In this document: in pieces, positions 48,021-60,801 of the stretch
Numbering within the stretch: the stretch's first letter is position 1
Layout of the letters: each line of letters opens with the position of its first letter
Source: Takakia lepidozioides
Lineage: Eukaryota > Plantae > Bryophyta
DNA length: 64,000 nt
Assembly: GCA_030704615.1 (NCBI GenBank)
Contig: CM060734.1
Coordinates: 62,682,001-62,746,000, forward strand
Direction of reading: 5' to 3'
Position numbers and translations under genes: made by a program
The notes under the pieces: model-generated
Databases searched by the model: none
Seen by the model: only the letters and a program-made list of their open reading frames with translations
What the model was told of the DNA's origin: nothing

Positions 48021-49150
48021 CCATGGTGCAGTTGAAATCCTTACTGACATTCCAAAACGACCCTGCCTGTATGGTGCTGGTGATGGATGGAAGCGGTGCC
48101 CTAGGTTTAGACTTGAGCTTTGTAACTCATGTTTACCTCATGGAGCCAATTTGGGATCGAAGGTGAAATCTTTCTCTATGTTTGTGACAGTATATTTTTA
48201 GTCGAATGGTTATGATGCATTGGTTACTTTGGCTCTTATTCTTGCATCAGTAACACCTACTATGGGCATGCTTGATAGTTTGATGGGCTCCTATGAAGCC
48301 TGTACTGCCCTCCTTTTGGCATATCCTACAATCATATAGGGGATACTACAATGTTTGCTTGAAGTAGTAAATCCAATTCTGAACAATCCAACCTATAGTC
48401 AAGTGCAAAATTATTTGAATTATTTCTATGATCATGTAGTACCTTGGTCCATCAATAGCTTCCAAGCTGATAGTTAGTTCCTGTGTGTCAAACAGCATGG
48501 AAGAACAAGTTGTGAGTAGGGCGCATCGTATGGGGGCTACTCGCCCTGTTCTTGTTGAGACTTTGGCTATGCGAGGTACTATTGAGGAACAGATGTTGGA
48601 TTTCCTACAGGTATTTCCTGGTCTCGTGACTTATGCGTTCACCTTAGATGGGAGATGGGGAGAGAGGTACACATTGTCCCAGGGAGAAAGTCATGAATTG
48701 ACATTCGCTGAGTTTTCTTGCTATGGTGTAACCTCCAGATATGGATGGTCTCAGCCACCAGGGTGTATGCGACCCGAGAGCTAGGCATGTGAACTTGGTG
48801 GCAGATGACGTGTTGGGATGAGGGCTAGCATTGATATCATATAGCAGAAAGCTGTGATTGCACTTACAGCCACCTGTTGACTGAGGGACAGAGATTCGAA
48901 GTAGGGGGTTCTCTGACTACGCAAGTTGGAATTCAGGATTCAGGTCAGCAAAGCAAGGCGCCTCATAGGGATGGACATGACATGGGCGGCCGGGCCAATC
49001 AACGCTCCTTGCATGACCCTGCTGAAAGTAGCTATCTAGCACGCCTTGATTTTGTTCGAACTGGCACCAAAACTGTGATTGCTTGATTGAGTGGTACAGT
49101 GGAAGGATCATCTGATATTTATGTGCTCTGAGGTAAGCAGAAGTCATTGT
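48021..49150 (+). pseudogene. Direct duplication of the last three exons, introns and 3' flank of the F-box/SNF2 gene (source 40270-41487)
   Basis: Near-identical sequence. It differs by three deletions (14, 20 and 54 bp, all intronic) and a few substitutions. ORFs 48485-48784 and 48877-49086 mirror 40748-41047 and 41136-41423. Confidence 0.95.
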
Positions 49151-50339
49151 CTTGCATAAGATCTTTCTTACTGCTCTTTCAGCGTGCCCTACAATAGCAA
49201 GTTCTCTCTCTCGCAACCTCTGCTTTACCTTTATTCACTCCCTCCTTATCTACGGTTAGCAAGTTCGCTACGGCCACGGGATGTTCCCCCTTAGCCTCCA
49301 CGGCCTTATGGGTGGTTATTTTTTCCACCGCTGTGACATCTTCTTTTAATTAATTTGACTAAAAGGGCCTCTGTCCCGTTCCCTAAATAAAAAATTTAAA
49401 AAAATAAGTCAAAAACAAAAATAGCCTGTCAAAAGAAAGGCAGAAATTTCTGATAATTAGGGGTAATTTTAAGTCCCTAGGAGAGGCTCACAAAGCCTGA
49501 AAGGTACAGGTTATGAATAGAGAATCTACCAGAGATTACTGATAGTTATTAGCAATTCTATTAGTAAGTCCACCTAGGAGAGGCTAAAAAAGGTACAAAT
49601 TGTTAGTAGTTATCGTTAATCTTACTAGTTCCAACTAGGGGAGCCTCACGGAGGCACTGCCAGCCATTCTTTTTTGTGTTTCAAGCCTTAAACCTCTAAG
49701 TAGGCTCTCCCTCTTTGTTTCCTATGCGTGCTCTAGCCTCCATTCTTAGTTTTCTTTTTTTTTCTTTTTTCCTTTTTTGACAAGGGTGTGTTGCGTAGAC
49801 GGATATTTGGCTCAAATCCATTTTGGATAATGTGGGCATGCACTTGCTTTCCCGTTTAGGGTCTTCATTCTTGATACACCCTTGTAAAATGCACAATTAA
49901 GTATTGGAGTCTGGCGGCCAAAATGAATTGCTAGTTCAAAACATGTAGTGTCTGTTTGACTTGTTCTCCCTTACAGGAGTACCCGCAGCCACAGCAGTGC
50001 CAAAAAAGTGCTACATAAGCTTATGACTAAATGACTACACCATTACTATACATTGATGACATGCCATAGAAGCTTATGACTACATGAGTACATGAGGTTT
50101 CACAGCTCTGTTTATATGACAGCTACATCACTACACGTGGCATCTTAAAGCATATACATGAATGGGTTCATCCATTTATTCTTAACGAAGCACTTGCGTC
50201 ATTGGAATGACACAAAGTGCAAAAAGTTAAAAAATTCAAAAAGTTGCTTTAGGGTTGCCCACGTTGAGCCGTGAAGAGAGGGTTGGGCCTTAGCCTCCTT
50301 TTGTCTCCCGTGCTACGATCTGTTTTGTTTTCGTAATAT

Positions 50340-51025
50340 CGAGCCGAAGCAGTGAGAACTTATGTCGTGGAACGCCATGATCACATGATATGCAATGCAG
50401 GGGCGTGGGATAAAGGCTTTACGAGCAAACGATGCAGGAAGGACGAGGATATGCACATCGGGGGCGGGGTACAAAGGCTTCGGAGACGTATGAGCAAATA
50501 AGAGGGAAAGGATGAAGCCGGACCGGGTTGTGTTTGCAATGCGTGTGTAGGCCTGGCAGCCCTGGAAAAGGGCATAGAGGTGCATGGCGACATCGTCAGA
50601 GCTGGAATTGTACCCAATGCCATTCTGAACAATACCCTCGTGGACATGTATGCCAAATGTGGCAGTATTGAGGATACAAACGGAGTGTTTGAGAATATGG
50701 TTGAACGAGATGTCGTGTATCTCGTGTCTTGGAGTGTCATGATCGTTGGATAATCCCCAGCGGGATGGAGGCATTGGAGATCTATGAGCAAATGATGCGG
50801 GAAGGGGTAAAGCCAGACCTAATCACGTTCGTTTGTATATGCAATGCGTGTACGAGCCTGGCAGCCCTGGAAAAGGGCAAAGGTGACATCATCAGAGCTG
50901 GAATTGTACCCGACATCATTCTGAACAATGCACTCGTGGACATGTATGCGAAATGTGGGTGCAGTGCGATGATTGCAGGATATGCACAACAAGGGTGCAG
51001 GATGGAGGCTTTGGAGACCTATGAG
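50340..51025 (+). pseudogene. PLS-PPR gene fragment (about two degenerate P-L-S triplets) inside the CACTA element
   Basis: SWNAMIT*YAMQG, EVHGDIVRAGIVPNAILNNTLVDMYAKCGSIED, EALEIYEQMMREGVKPDLITFVCICNACTSLAALEKG; stops, frameshifts and deletions. Confidence 0.9.
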
Positions 51026-51029
51026 CACC

Positions 51030-53060
51030 TTCTTCAACACATTTCAGCCTGTTTTCCCTATTATCAGAGTCGTCCCTAAATTTTTAGGTTGAATTCTGCA
51101 AGTTAGCTCTTTGGTGCAAAAAAGTGAAGACCTGTTGGAAGCGCAAGTCAGCATATGAACTAGTGTGATAAGTAGGGTTAGGGTGTTTGCTGGAACAAAT
51201 CTAGGTTGTCATTGTCAGCTGCTAGCAGCAAGGCAAGGATGTGTGCATGATTTGTGCAGAGGCAGAGATAGCTGAACGAGCAGGGATAGAGAGTGGGTCC
51301 AGATTCATCCAAGAGGGCCAGATTTCAAGCACAAGATTACTTATGATTCCCTATGGATCAATAGCTACAAGAAACCTGCATGGGTAGATGGTCAACTGGA
51401 TGTCGCAGCAGCAGCAACACAACTGATAAATTCAGGCACTGGTAATCAATGCACCTTCTTCAACACATTTCACCCTGTTTTTTGCTCTTATCAGAATTGG
51501 CCCTAAATTTCCATGTTGAATTCTGCAAGTTAGCTGGTTAGTTGGGTGGAAGTATGCGGGAGATGTCAACCCTGATTATGGTTGACAGTTTTAGTGTATT
51601 ATGATAGGATGTTCTCCATCTCAAAAATGTATGTTTCTCTTGCACACTTTGTCAAAATCACCTGGTGTGGGCTCTTGGCTCCTGTTAATACCATGATTTG
51701 GTATGCTTCCTGATGTTTACAAGGTTCTTGGGAGAGTCAGCTTGTAGGTCTTAGCAGACCTTTTTTCAATATGTGCCCGCTCAGCTGCACCATGGTGGTT
51801 CTCACGGACCAATTCGACATTACCTGACTACAGACACAAGCAGCACACACAAGCGATCCTCTTGGGTTCACGGTCAGTCAAATCCTCCATGGGTCATGAC
51901 ACAAGGTTGAGAACAATGTGGTGATGGCACCTTCTTCTTCCACCTATTTCAGCCTATTTTGCCCTCTCATTAGACTCGGCCCTGAGATGCATATTGAATG
52001 CTGTAAATTAGCTCGTTGGGTGGATCTGTGGTGGTTTGGGGTGACTTGACAAGTGTCTGCCGATGTGGCAGCAGAAAGTATCCAAAAATAGATAACAGAA
52101 TGAGGAGAAGCGGTGGAATGAACACTTATCCAGTCAACCAATCCGACATTACCTGACTACAGACACAAACAACACACACGAGGTCATTTTGGGTTGATGG
52201 TCGGTTAAATCCTCCATGCGTCATGACACAAGGTCAAGGACAATGTGATGAGCGCACCTTCTTCTTCAACCTTTTGGCAGTCTGTTTTGCCCACTCATCA
52301 TTAGGGTTGGGGTATTTGCTGGAAGAACTTCACGCCGTCGGTGTCAGCTAAAGGACTGTCAGACAAGAATAGCTGAAAGACTAGGGATAGAGGTCCAGAT
52401 TCATCCAAGAGGACCGGGTTTCAAACAAAAGATTACTTCTATTCCTTGTGGACCAACAGCTACAAGAAATCTGTGTGGGTAGATGGTCAACTAGAAACTT
52501 AAGCAGCAGCAGCAGCAGCACAATTGATAGAACAATGCACTGTTAATGAAGGCACCTTCAACACATTTCAGCCTATTTTCCCCTGTTATTAGAGTCGTAC
52601 CTAGATTTTCATGTTGAATTCTGCAAGTTAGCTGGTTGAGTAAGCCTTTCATAGTTTGGAGTGACTGACATCATACGGCCAACATGTGACAACAGGAAAG
52701 TATCCAGAAACAGGTAACAACCCCAGTCATCAATGGTGGGACAATCAAGGCAAAAAGATGAATGCATGTGGGATTACAGAGAGTAGCAGATGCAATTGAG
52801 CATAAGAACTAGTGTGATAAGCTGAGTTGGGTGTTTCCTAGAACAAATCTAGGCTGCCATTGTTAGTTGCTAGCAGCTCAAGGCAAGGATGAATGCACTA
52901 TTTGTGGAGAGGCATGGATAGCTGAAAGGGCAAGGATAGAGTGTGGGTCCAGATTCATCCAAGAAGGCCAGATTTCAAGCACAAGATTACCTATGATTCC
53001 CTGTGGATCAATAGCTACAAGAAACCTGCATAGGTGGATGGTCAACTAAAGGCAGCAGCT
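51030..53060 (+). repeat. Mosaic tandem duplications of PPR-gene leader modules
   Basis: GTCCAGATTCATCCAAG...CAAGATTAC...AGCTACAAGAAA..TG..TGGGTAGATGGTCAACT at ~51297, ~52393, ~52947 and ~54576. CAACACATTTCAGCCT...GAATTCTGCAAGTTAGCT at ~51035, ~51460 and ~52559. GACATTACCTGACTACAGACACAA at ~51817 and ~52145. Confidence 0.88.
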
Positions 53061-53119
53061 GCAGCGGCACAGTTGGTAAATCAGGCACCTCAACCATGAC
53101 CACAGCTTCTGAAAGAGGA

Positions 53120-54425
53120 TCAAGAGAGGGAGTCCACAATGCCTCTTCTGGCACTTCTGGGCATGTGAAGATGCTTTGTAAGGCAGGTAGACTGATAAAG
53201 GCTCTATAGACTTTAAACCAAGGAGGCATTTCAGCAGATTCACGTACATATGTCTGTCTCTTGCTTAAGTGCATCAAGATGAAAGGTCTGGAAGCTGGAA
53301 AGCAGGTGCACACTCACATTATCTAAAGTGAATTCACACCAAATGTTTTTCTACTCAACACCCTTGTCAACATGTATGTTAAGTGTGGGAGCACCATGGA
53401 TGCTCAGCAAGTATTCAATAGAATGCCTCAACGATCTTTGATCACGTGGAATATAATGTTGGCAGGATTTACCAAGCATGGGTGTGGTAGGAATGCTTTG
53501 GAGACCTATGAGCAAATGTTGCGCAAAGGGGTGAAGCCCAACCACATCACATTTGTGTGTTTGCAATGCGTGTGCAAGCAGGGGAGCTCTGGAAAAGGGG
53601 AAAGAGGTCCATGGTGACATCGTCAAAGCTGGAATTGTACCAGATGTCATTCTGAACACTGTCCTAGTGGACATGTATGCGAAATGTGGGTGCATTGAGG
53701 ATGCAAAGGGAGTTTTCAACACATGGCTGAACGAGATGTGGTGTCGTGGAACACGATGCTTGTAGAGTATGCACAGCACGGACTTGGTATGGAGGCTTTG
53801 GAGACCTAGGATCAAATGATAGGGGAAGGGGTGAAGCCCAACCACATCATGTTTGTGTGCATTTGCAATGCATATGCAAGCCTGGAAGCCCTGGAAAGGG
53901 CAAAGAGGTCCGTAGTGACATTGTCAGAGCTAGATTGTACCCAATGTCATTCTGAAGTACAATACCCTGGTGGATATGTATCCAAAATGTGGGTGCATCA
54001 AGGATGCAAAGGGAGTGTTCGATAGTATGGCTGAACAAGGTATGGTGTCATGGAATGCCATGCTTGCAGGATATGCATAGCAGGGGCGCGACATGGAGGC
54101 ATTGGAGACCTATGAGCAAATGATGGGGGAAGGGGTGAAGTGTAACCAGATCACGTTTGTGTGTTTGAAATGCTTGTGTAAGCCTGGCAGCCGTGGAAAA
54201 TGGCAAAGAGATGCATGGTGACATCATCAAATCTGGAATTGCACCTGTCATTCTGACCACTGCCCTGGTGGACATGTATGCCAAATGTGGGTGCATTTAG
54301 GATGCAAAGGGAGTATTCGACAGTATGGCTGAACGGCATGTGGTGTTGTGGAGTGTGATGATTGCAGGATATGCACAGCAAGGGCGCGGGATGGAGGCTT
54401 TGGAGACCTAGGGGCAAATGACGAG
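53120..54425 (+). pseudogene. PLS-PPR pseudogene (N-terminal leader plus about four triplets, no E/DYW) inside the CACTA element
   Basis: SGTSGHVKMLCKAGRLIKAL*TLNQGGISADSRTYVCLLLKC...GKQVHTHII is homologous to 1580-1760. Repeated MYAKCG, SWN.ML.G and EGVKPN motifs with many stops and frameshifts. Confidence 0.92.
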
Positions 54426-56989
54426 AAGCTGTGGAATGATTATTTTTCTGACCCCAGTCAATGGTGGGACAACTGAGGCAAAAAGATGAATGTCTGTTAC
54501 ATTTCAGAGAGTAGCAAACGCAATATGAGCATAGGAACTAGTGTGATAAGCTGAAGGAGCAGAGATAGAGTGTGGGTCCAGATTCATCCAAGGGGGTCAG
54601 ATTTCAAGCACAAGATTACCTATGATTCCCTATGGATCAATAGCTACAAGAAACCCGCATGGGTAGAATCTGATGGTCTAATCCGTGGGACTCAATCTAT
54701 CACCGAAGTCTTCCATTATGAAGATCAGAAATGCTTGGCAGCTTACATGCACGAGGCCTTTAGACAATCCCCTGAGCATTAGTTGCTTTTGGGCTGCTGT
54801 TGTATGTAACTGGTTGCTAATCCAGCACTTCTAAGGAGTTTTGATATATATACTTCTATGTATGTGGGCGTTGGGATGACAGTTCAAGGTGGGAGATCAT
54901 GTTCGGCTACTTGATATCAACAGCAAACGCACCAAGGTTGGATGTGGACTTTTTGTTGGTCTGCAAGGGAGCAAGGTAGGTGACGGGTACCCTGTGGTGC
55001 CACTCGATTATGTGCTCTATCCATCAAAGAGGCGATCATAAGTGTGCTCCTCTGAGAGAGTTGGGGCAAGTGGTAGGAAACACCACAATTTGGAGCCTGA
55101 AGCACCTGAAACATGATGCAATGTAGTTAAAAATATGCCACAGTGGTGATATATAAATAGAGCTCAGCTTCAATTGTAGGAGTACTAGTGGACTGTTGTC
55201 CCTATGTGGGCTTGGGTTTTGGGACTTGTAGCCTTTGAGGCTTGGTTATTTATCCAGGTGGCCTTTCAGGCTTCTTGATTGTAGAGCCTTTGTGACATCC
55301 ATGGGAACATTTTTCCCATTGGATTTTTGCAGTATGATCGACATTCCAGAGACAATCTATGTATTTGTGTGAAATTCTTTCATTCAATTAAATATATTGC
55401 TCTGTAATATTTAAACACATCTGAATATCAAAACGATAAATAAAATTTACATGAAATAAATAAATAAAATAGCATTAATGGTTTTATAAACTAATCGAAT
55501 AAAGACACGTGTTAGATGACCTACCAGAACCAGAACAAAGCTATAGTGATAGAGTCATATTTGTAGTCATGAAATATGTCACGTGATACCTTCAGTGATG
55601 TAGTGAGTAGTGATATAGTCATAAGTGTAGTCATATACATCCGGGAGGTCACACGTGTCATGGAGAGACCTTTCCATGTTGGCGCTCATCTGTAGTGACA
55701 TAGTCGTAAGTGTAGTCATGATACGTAGCCTTGTAGTCGTATAGTTATGACTATAGCACTACACCCCACGTCACTCTGAGTTGTTGGGCAGGTGCCACGT
55801 CTGCAGTGACGACCATCACTTCGCACTTATCACTCCGCAGTGATGGTAGAACTGACTTCGTGTTTGTCACTGTATAATGATGTAGTCATAATCGCACTTC
55901 TCACTGCAAATGTAGTGATATTTGCAGTCATAAAAACGATAATTTGTACTAGTGAATGAAATCTCCAGTTCATTCAATCACAGTCGGGAGAAATATCTCA
56001 AGCTGCTGGCCAACTACTTGTGGGCTAGGGTGTTTCTCTAGAGTCGCATACAATGAATCGAAAATCTAGTTCTCAACTGACATGCAGCTAATGGTTTTAT
56101 ATTGGTCAATGATGGTGGGCCGTGGCTGATACGGGAGTCTAAATATGACAGTCTCTAGGGACTTGATACTGTTCGCATGGGAATAGCAGCACAACTATTA
56201 TACAATTTAGCTACATGAACAACAAATATAGCATCAAACACCTAGTAGTAAATAGGATTTTTGACATTGCTTGTAATAGCTCCAATTAGTTAGTTGGTGG
56301 TTATTCAGTTGGAGATTATTTAGTTGGGGAACAGTTTACGAGTGTTTTACAGTAAATCGTCAGAAGTACCACAGCCCGTCACAGATGAACCTTGATTGGT
56401 GAATTATCTAAACCCAGATCTAGATCACAATACAGATAGAAACCATATTTTATAACGAGATGAAGATCAGAGAGCAAGAGGGAAAGTTATATGTGCAAGT
56501 GTGGAGAGCAAGCAACTTGAGAGTCCAACTCGGTGTCATCAACATTGGACTTGTCGATACAGCAAATACAGGAATAGATCCGGGAATATTATATTAGGGT
56601 CTTCGGTGTCATGGACATTGAACTTAGGTATAAATTGGGCAGAATGTCATTTGCCTTGCTCTGAACACGGACGCCCGCAATAGAAACCCCATATCTGCCC
56701 GCGAGAAAAAGTTCTAGATTAAGACCTAGAAAGCAGAAGAATCCACTACCTCCTGACTATTATATACCACGGAATGGGCCGCTTCAAGTTTAAATAAATA
56801 AATAAAATTTAAATTTAAAAAAAAAACGGTCAAGATGCCCAAAAAGTGTAAATTATGCTGTCACTTGAAAGGCTATCGTACACCTTAATGACATCCAAGG
56901 CAAGTGATATATGAGGCCCGGGAGTTGAATCTACACATAGGGTAATTGTCCCCCCTTTGCAGAACGGTTGGCCGTCCAGGAGCAATCTT

Positions 56990-57645
56990 AAGCTACCTAG
57001 ACGACAATCAATTCACATGCAAAGGGTTGGCTTGCGGCTGGGCACTTTCAACTTCTCAGGGCTGACTAACCAAAGGAAACAACTGGAAGTGAGACAGGTT
57101 CTTCGGACTAATGATATTCACATCTGTGCTGGGCAAGAGACATGGGAAACGTCGGATAAACTGGTTGGAGATGTCAATGGTTATAAATGGGCAGGTAAGA
57201 TGTGTACTCTCAAAGCAGCCTCTGCCAAACGCAATAAAAAATGGGTTGGATTCTTTGTCCGTGATTTCTTGTTTGACAACTGTGAAATTATCAACAAGGG
57301 TTTGAGGTACGAGCATAGTATCTGGCTAAAACTGAAACTGAAGCGTGGCGTGAGTACAAAGGACCTCTTTGTGGGTTGTGTTTACATGCCCACAGAGGGG
57401 GCCCTTAGTGCTGACACAGACCCTTAGTGCTAGACTGTGCTTCTTTCCTTGCCAAAGGTCAGGTGATTTTATTCGGTGACTTCAGTGCCCGAGTGGATAA
57501 AGGTCTCCAACAGGATGATATTATTGGGCCTTTTGGTGAGGACGAGCTGAACTCTAATGGCAGACGGTTAATTAACTGTCTGGAAGAGCTTCAGCTTTTG
57601 ACCTTGAATAATAGGGCAAAATGTGACCAACTGTAGTGGACTCGT
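56990..57645 (+). mobile_element. LINE ORF2 apurinic-like endonuclease (EEP) relic
   Basis: GTFNFSGL...DIHICAGQETW...GYKWAG...VGFFVR...IWLKL...LFVGCVYMP, then after a frameshift VILFGDFSARV...IGPFGEDELNSNGRRLINCLEELQLLTLN. Truncated, no RT. Confidence 0.88.
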
Positions 57646-58486
57646 GAAAAACACTATTTTCTTGAAGATTTCGCAGAAAACGTCACTTTCTCCATCAACG
57701 TACTCGCCACCGAGCCACTCTCCAAAAGCATACAAGCAGCATATTTACTCCCCAATTGGATACTTTCAACATCTTACTCCAGGGTCAATTATTTGGACAT
57801 TATGTTTTGAAGAGCATACGAGTAATTCATCATCTTTGCGATTCACTGAAAGTCTGCAAGGCCACCAATTCTTCGAGAAGTACAGCTGAACTTCGGTCAC
57901 ACAAGACATTGTTGGTTGGCATAATATTGGAGGATATTTTTTGTGAGATCATCAACATATCCACGATACTCGAGACAGCATTTCAGGGACTTCTTCTATC
58001 TTCTGCTGACAAAAACCTTCGGAACAACAGAAGAATACAGATTTGAAAATGGTCCCTCCAACCTTGTCAAAATATCGTGATTTTAGGAAATGGCTTTCCT
58101 CAAAATATTTTCATCATAAGTACATCGACCGACATCGTCTTGTGTTACCAGAGTTCAGTCCTCCTTCTAGAAGTTGATACTCTCATTGACATGGTTTACG
58201 TTACTTGTATTGGTCCATGCCGCATATGACGAGACTTACTCAAATTGACGTGGTTCTGAAAAACCTGGTTGTTTATCATGAATGTCTCCCCATTGTCTTT
58301 CATTTCATGTCATGGTATTGTGTCATTGTGCCATGTTTTGCTCATATATTTGATTGATTTGTCTTGTACGTTACATAGTAACGGCCTTCACAAGCTCAGT
58401 CGCAGTTACGAATATGACTAAGGCACAAGGTGCTCCAATCATCCATCAGGGCGCGGATCATGAAGGGAGTTATTACCTGACACCCG

Positions 58487-58700
58487 TTTATTTATTTATT
58501 TTTTAATGCAATGGAAACATCTGGGAGCGACAGCTCACAAATCAGGCCCCCTAATAGTATAAACTCTTTTACAGTAACCCCCCCATGTGGCGTTGGAATG
58601 GGACACCACCCAGGAACATACCACACCCGTCAGTAGCAAGATTTGACCCCATAATCATTTGGGTGGCACTCAGTGCACTTCACCAACTGAGCTACTGACT
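58487..58700 (-). mobile_element. tRNA-derived SINE (~215 bp)
   Basis: Minus strand: A-box TAGCTCAGTTGG, B-box-like GGGTCAAATC, unique body, 3' tail AAAAAATAAATAAATAAA. No TSD seen. Confidence 0.65.
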
Positions 58701-58971
58701 GTTGGTATCTTATTCAACTCTTACTAAACGTCGAGTGAACAGTGGAACTTGCTTTATGAGCCAAATAGAAACTGCTTTTTCTCCTGAAGTTTATACATAA
58801 TGTTTCTTTATTGCTCATATTATATATTAATAGACAAACAATTATTTATATCTTTATATTTATATTTAAAATGATCCATTTAAATTCATTTAAATGATTT
58901 AAAAAATACATATTCAGATATTTCTCCTTATTTCTGGACCAAACTTTAGTCCAGATTTACTTAAAATTGTG

Positions 58972-60263
58972 TTATTCCCAATTGCTCGATTCTGTTAGCT
59001 GTTTTGAATGCCTCCTCCACTGTATTATGGGTAACATACCCATTTTTTTTTGTAATTCAGGTCTTAGTCCACTCACAAACCAAGTTTTCTGTAATCTTGG
59101 TGCCGGTACAACAGCCAGCTTTTTCATTATTAACTCCATCTTTTCCATATATTCTTCAACAATTTTATGCTTCTTTTGCCTCAACTGTTGTAAACTCCCA
59201 TACACTTCATCCTCAATTTTGCTTATCCTGAACCTGTTTCGAAATGCTGTACTAAGGCCATCTAAGGTTAGGAAATGATTATTATGAAACTTTGTATACC
59301 ATTCACTCGCTTTCTTGATAAGTGAACAAGGAAATAGTCTCAATTTGGCATCATCGCCATTCTCATTGTTCACTATACACATGTGCTCAAATTGGCTGAT
59401 GTGTACATCAGGATCCCTTTTTCCTGCATATATTGGAAATGTGGCTTTGCCCGTGTTGGAGGTACCGCCATCTGTGGCCCTATACCCTGCCTTCTCACAG
59501 GTGCTGGTCCTTGAGGACTTGTTGTTGTAGTGGTGGAACTTCCATCAGGTGTTGGCTCGATCCTGAGCACTCCATGCTACTAGCCCCCTGTACTTGCAGT
59601 ACCCTCAGCTCCAGTTGCACTACTTCCCACACTCCCTGTCCCCCCAGAGCCAGATCCAAACTGCCCGCCCGATCCCCCTGAGCCAATACATGTGTTGGCC
59701 TGTGATCCAAGTGCTCCACTTGATCCAGATCCAATAGGTTGGGATGTCCTGGTTGTAGTCTCAACCTCAACTATTAGGTCTACTTCTTCATACTCTTCAT
59801 CTTCCAAGTTCTTCTCTTGGATTTCTTCTTCCTCACTCATATAACTCAACTGCAGTGGTGTTGGAGAGTCTGAACTCTCTGTTGGCTCTGCCACATCTTC
59901 CTCTCCTTCTTTATCTTGTGTTTCAAAAACTGGAATTCCTGCTCTTGGTGTTTCATGCCAACTCTGATCAAAGATTTCTGTCAAATCTTTAACCCAGGGA
60001 TGTACCTCAGATCTTTTCCCTCGTGGCCGATCTTCTTCCTGTACCAAATCCCTTAATGTTTCTTGTAAAGAATAAGAAGGAGTGGCATCCAAATCTGGTT
60101 CTTCCGGTATGGGTGATGTACTCTCTGGCCTTAATGGTGTGAGAGGTCCAGATGATTCCCCTATGTCTATTCCTCTCTCCCAAAGATATGGATAATTAGC
60201 TTTCAATTTTTTATTTTTTTTGGCTGAATATTTGTGCAGTCTAGCTTCCCTTTCATCACTCAT
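58972..60263 (-). mobile_element. Ty3/gypsy gag fragment (frameshifted)
   Basis: An acidic/GS-rich N-terminus (ORF 59580-60263) is followed by capsid-like AKLRLFPCSLIKKASEWY...FRNRF...LQQLRQKKHKIVEEYMEKM...FVSGLRPELQKK (ORF 58972-59382). Degenerate PBS TGGTAACAAAGC (10/12 match to tRNA-iMet PBS TGGTATCAGAGC) at 60390-60379. Confidence 0.85.
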
Positions 60264-60801
60264 GTCTCATGTCTTTCATATCTTTAATGAGGCAATAACC
60301 AAAACTCTCTCCTGTAGTATCTTTCGTATATTCCTGGATTTCATTCAAGCTTTAATGCACCCTTGGCTATATCAGAAGGCTTTGTTACCATATAACCATA
60401 TGGCAAGCAGGTCTGAAAAGCTATTCTTGGTGTAAGTTTGATCCATAAGATATCCTTAGGAATCCAATTCTTTACCAGTATAAGCTCTTCATGCATATGA
60501 GTAAAAATATTTATTTTCCGTTCCTCCCAGCTTTCAAACTCCACTCGTTTAATGGATAACAATGTTATCACATAAACCGGTGTTGGTAACCAACTTGCTC
60601 TCCCTCTATAGGCCACTTGATAAATCTTTATCACTCCTTTTTCCAGACCCCACTCTGGATCGGCATCATGCACTCTCTTAAGAATATTTTCTTTGCAACC
60701 GTCTGGCAATTCCAAGAACCTCTAAAAGAATTGTTTGGACAATCTTTCTTTCTCAGTTTCACATGGAATTTGATTCATATCAAACTCTATCACATAAACT
60801 A

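Larger units (their letters stand above)
49929..55954. mobile_element. Non-autonomous CACTA (En/Spm) element carrying PPR gene fragments (Pack-CACTA)
   Basis: Right end TTTGTACTAGTG (55943-55954) is CACTAGTACAAA reversed. Degenerate left end TGCTAGTTCAAA (49929-49940, 9/12 match). AAT flanks both ends. Subterminal ATGACTAC repeats on the left (~50020-50135) and GTAGTCAT on the right (~55560-55930). No transposase inside. Confidence 0.75.

Noticed and set aside
58625-58700. Functional tRNA gene
   Set aside because: The A-box is good, but the anticodon arm and T-loop are degenerate and the sequence continues into a body with an A-rich tail, so it was called a SINE.
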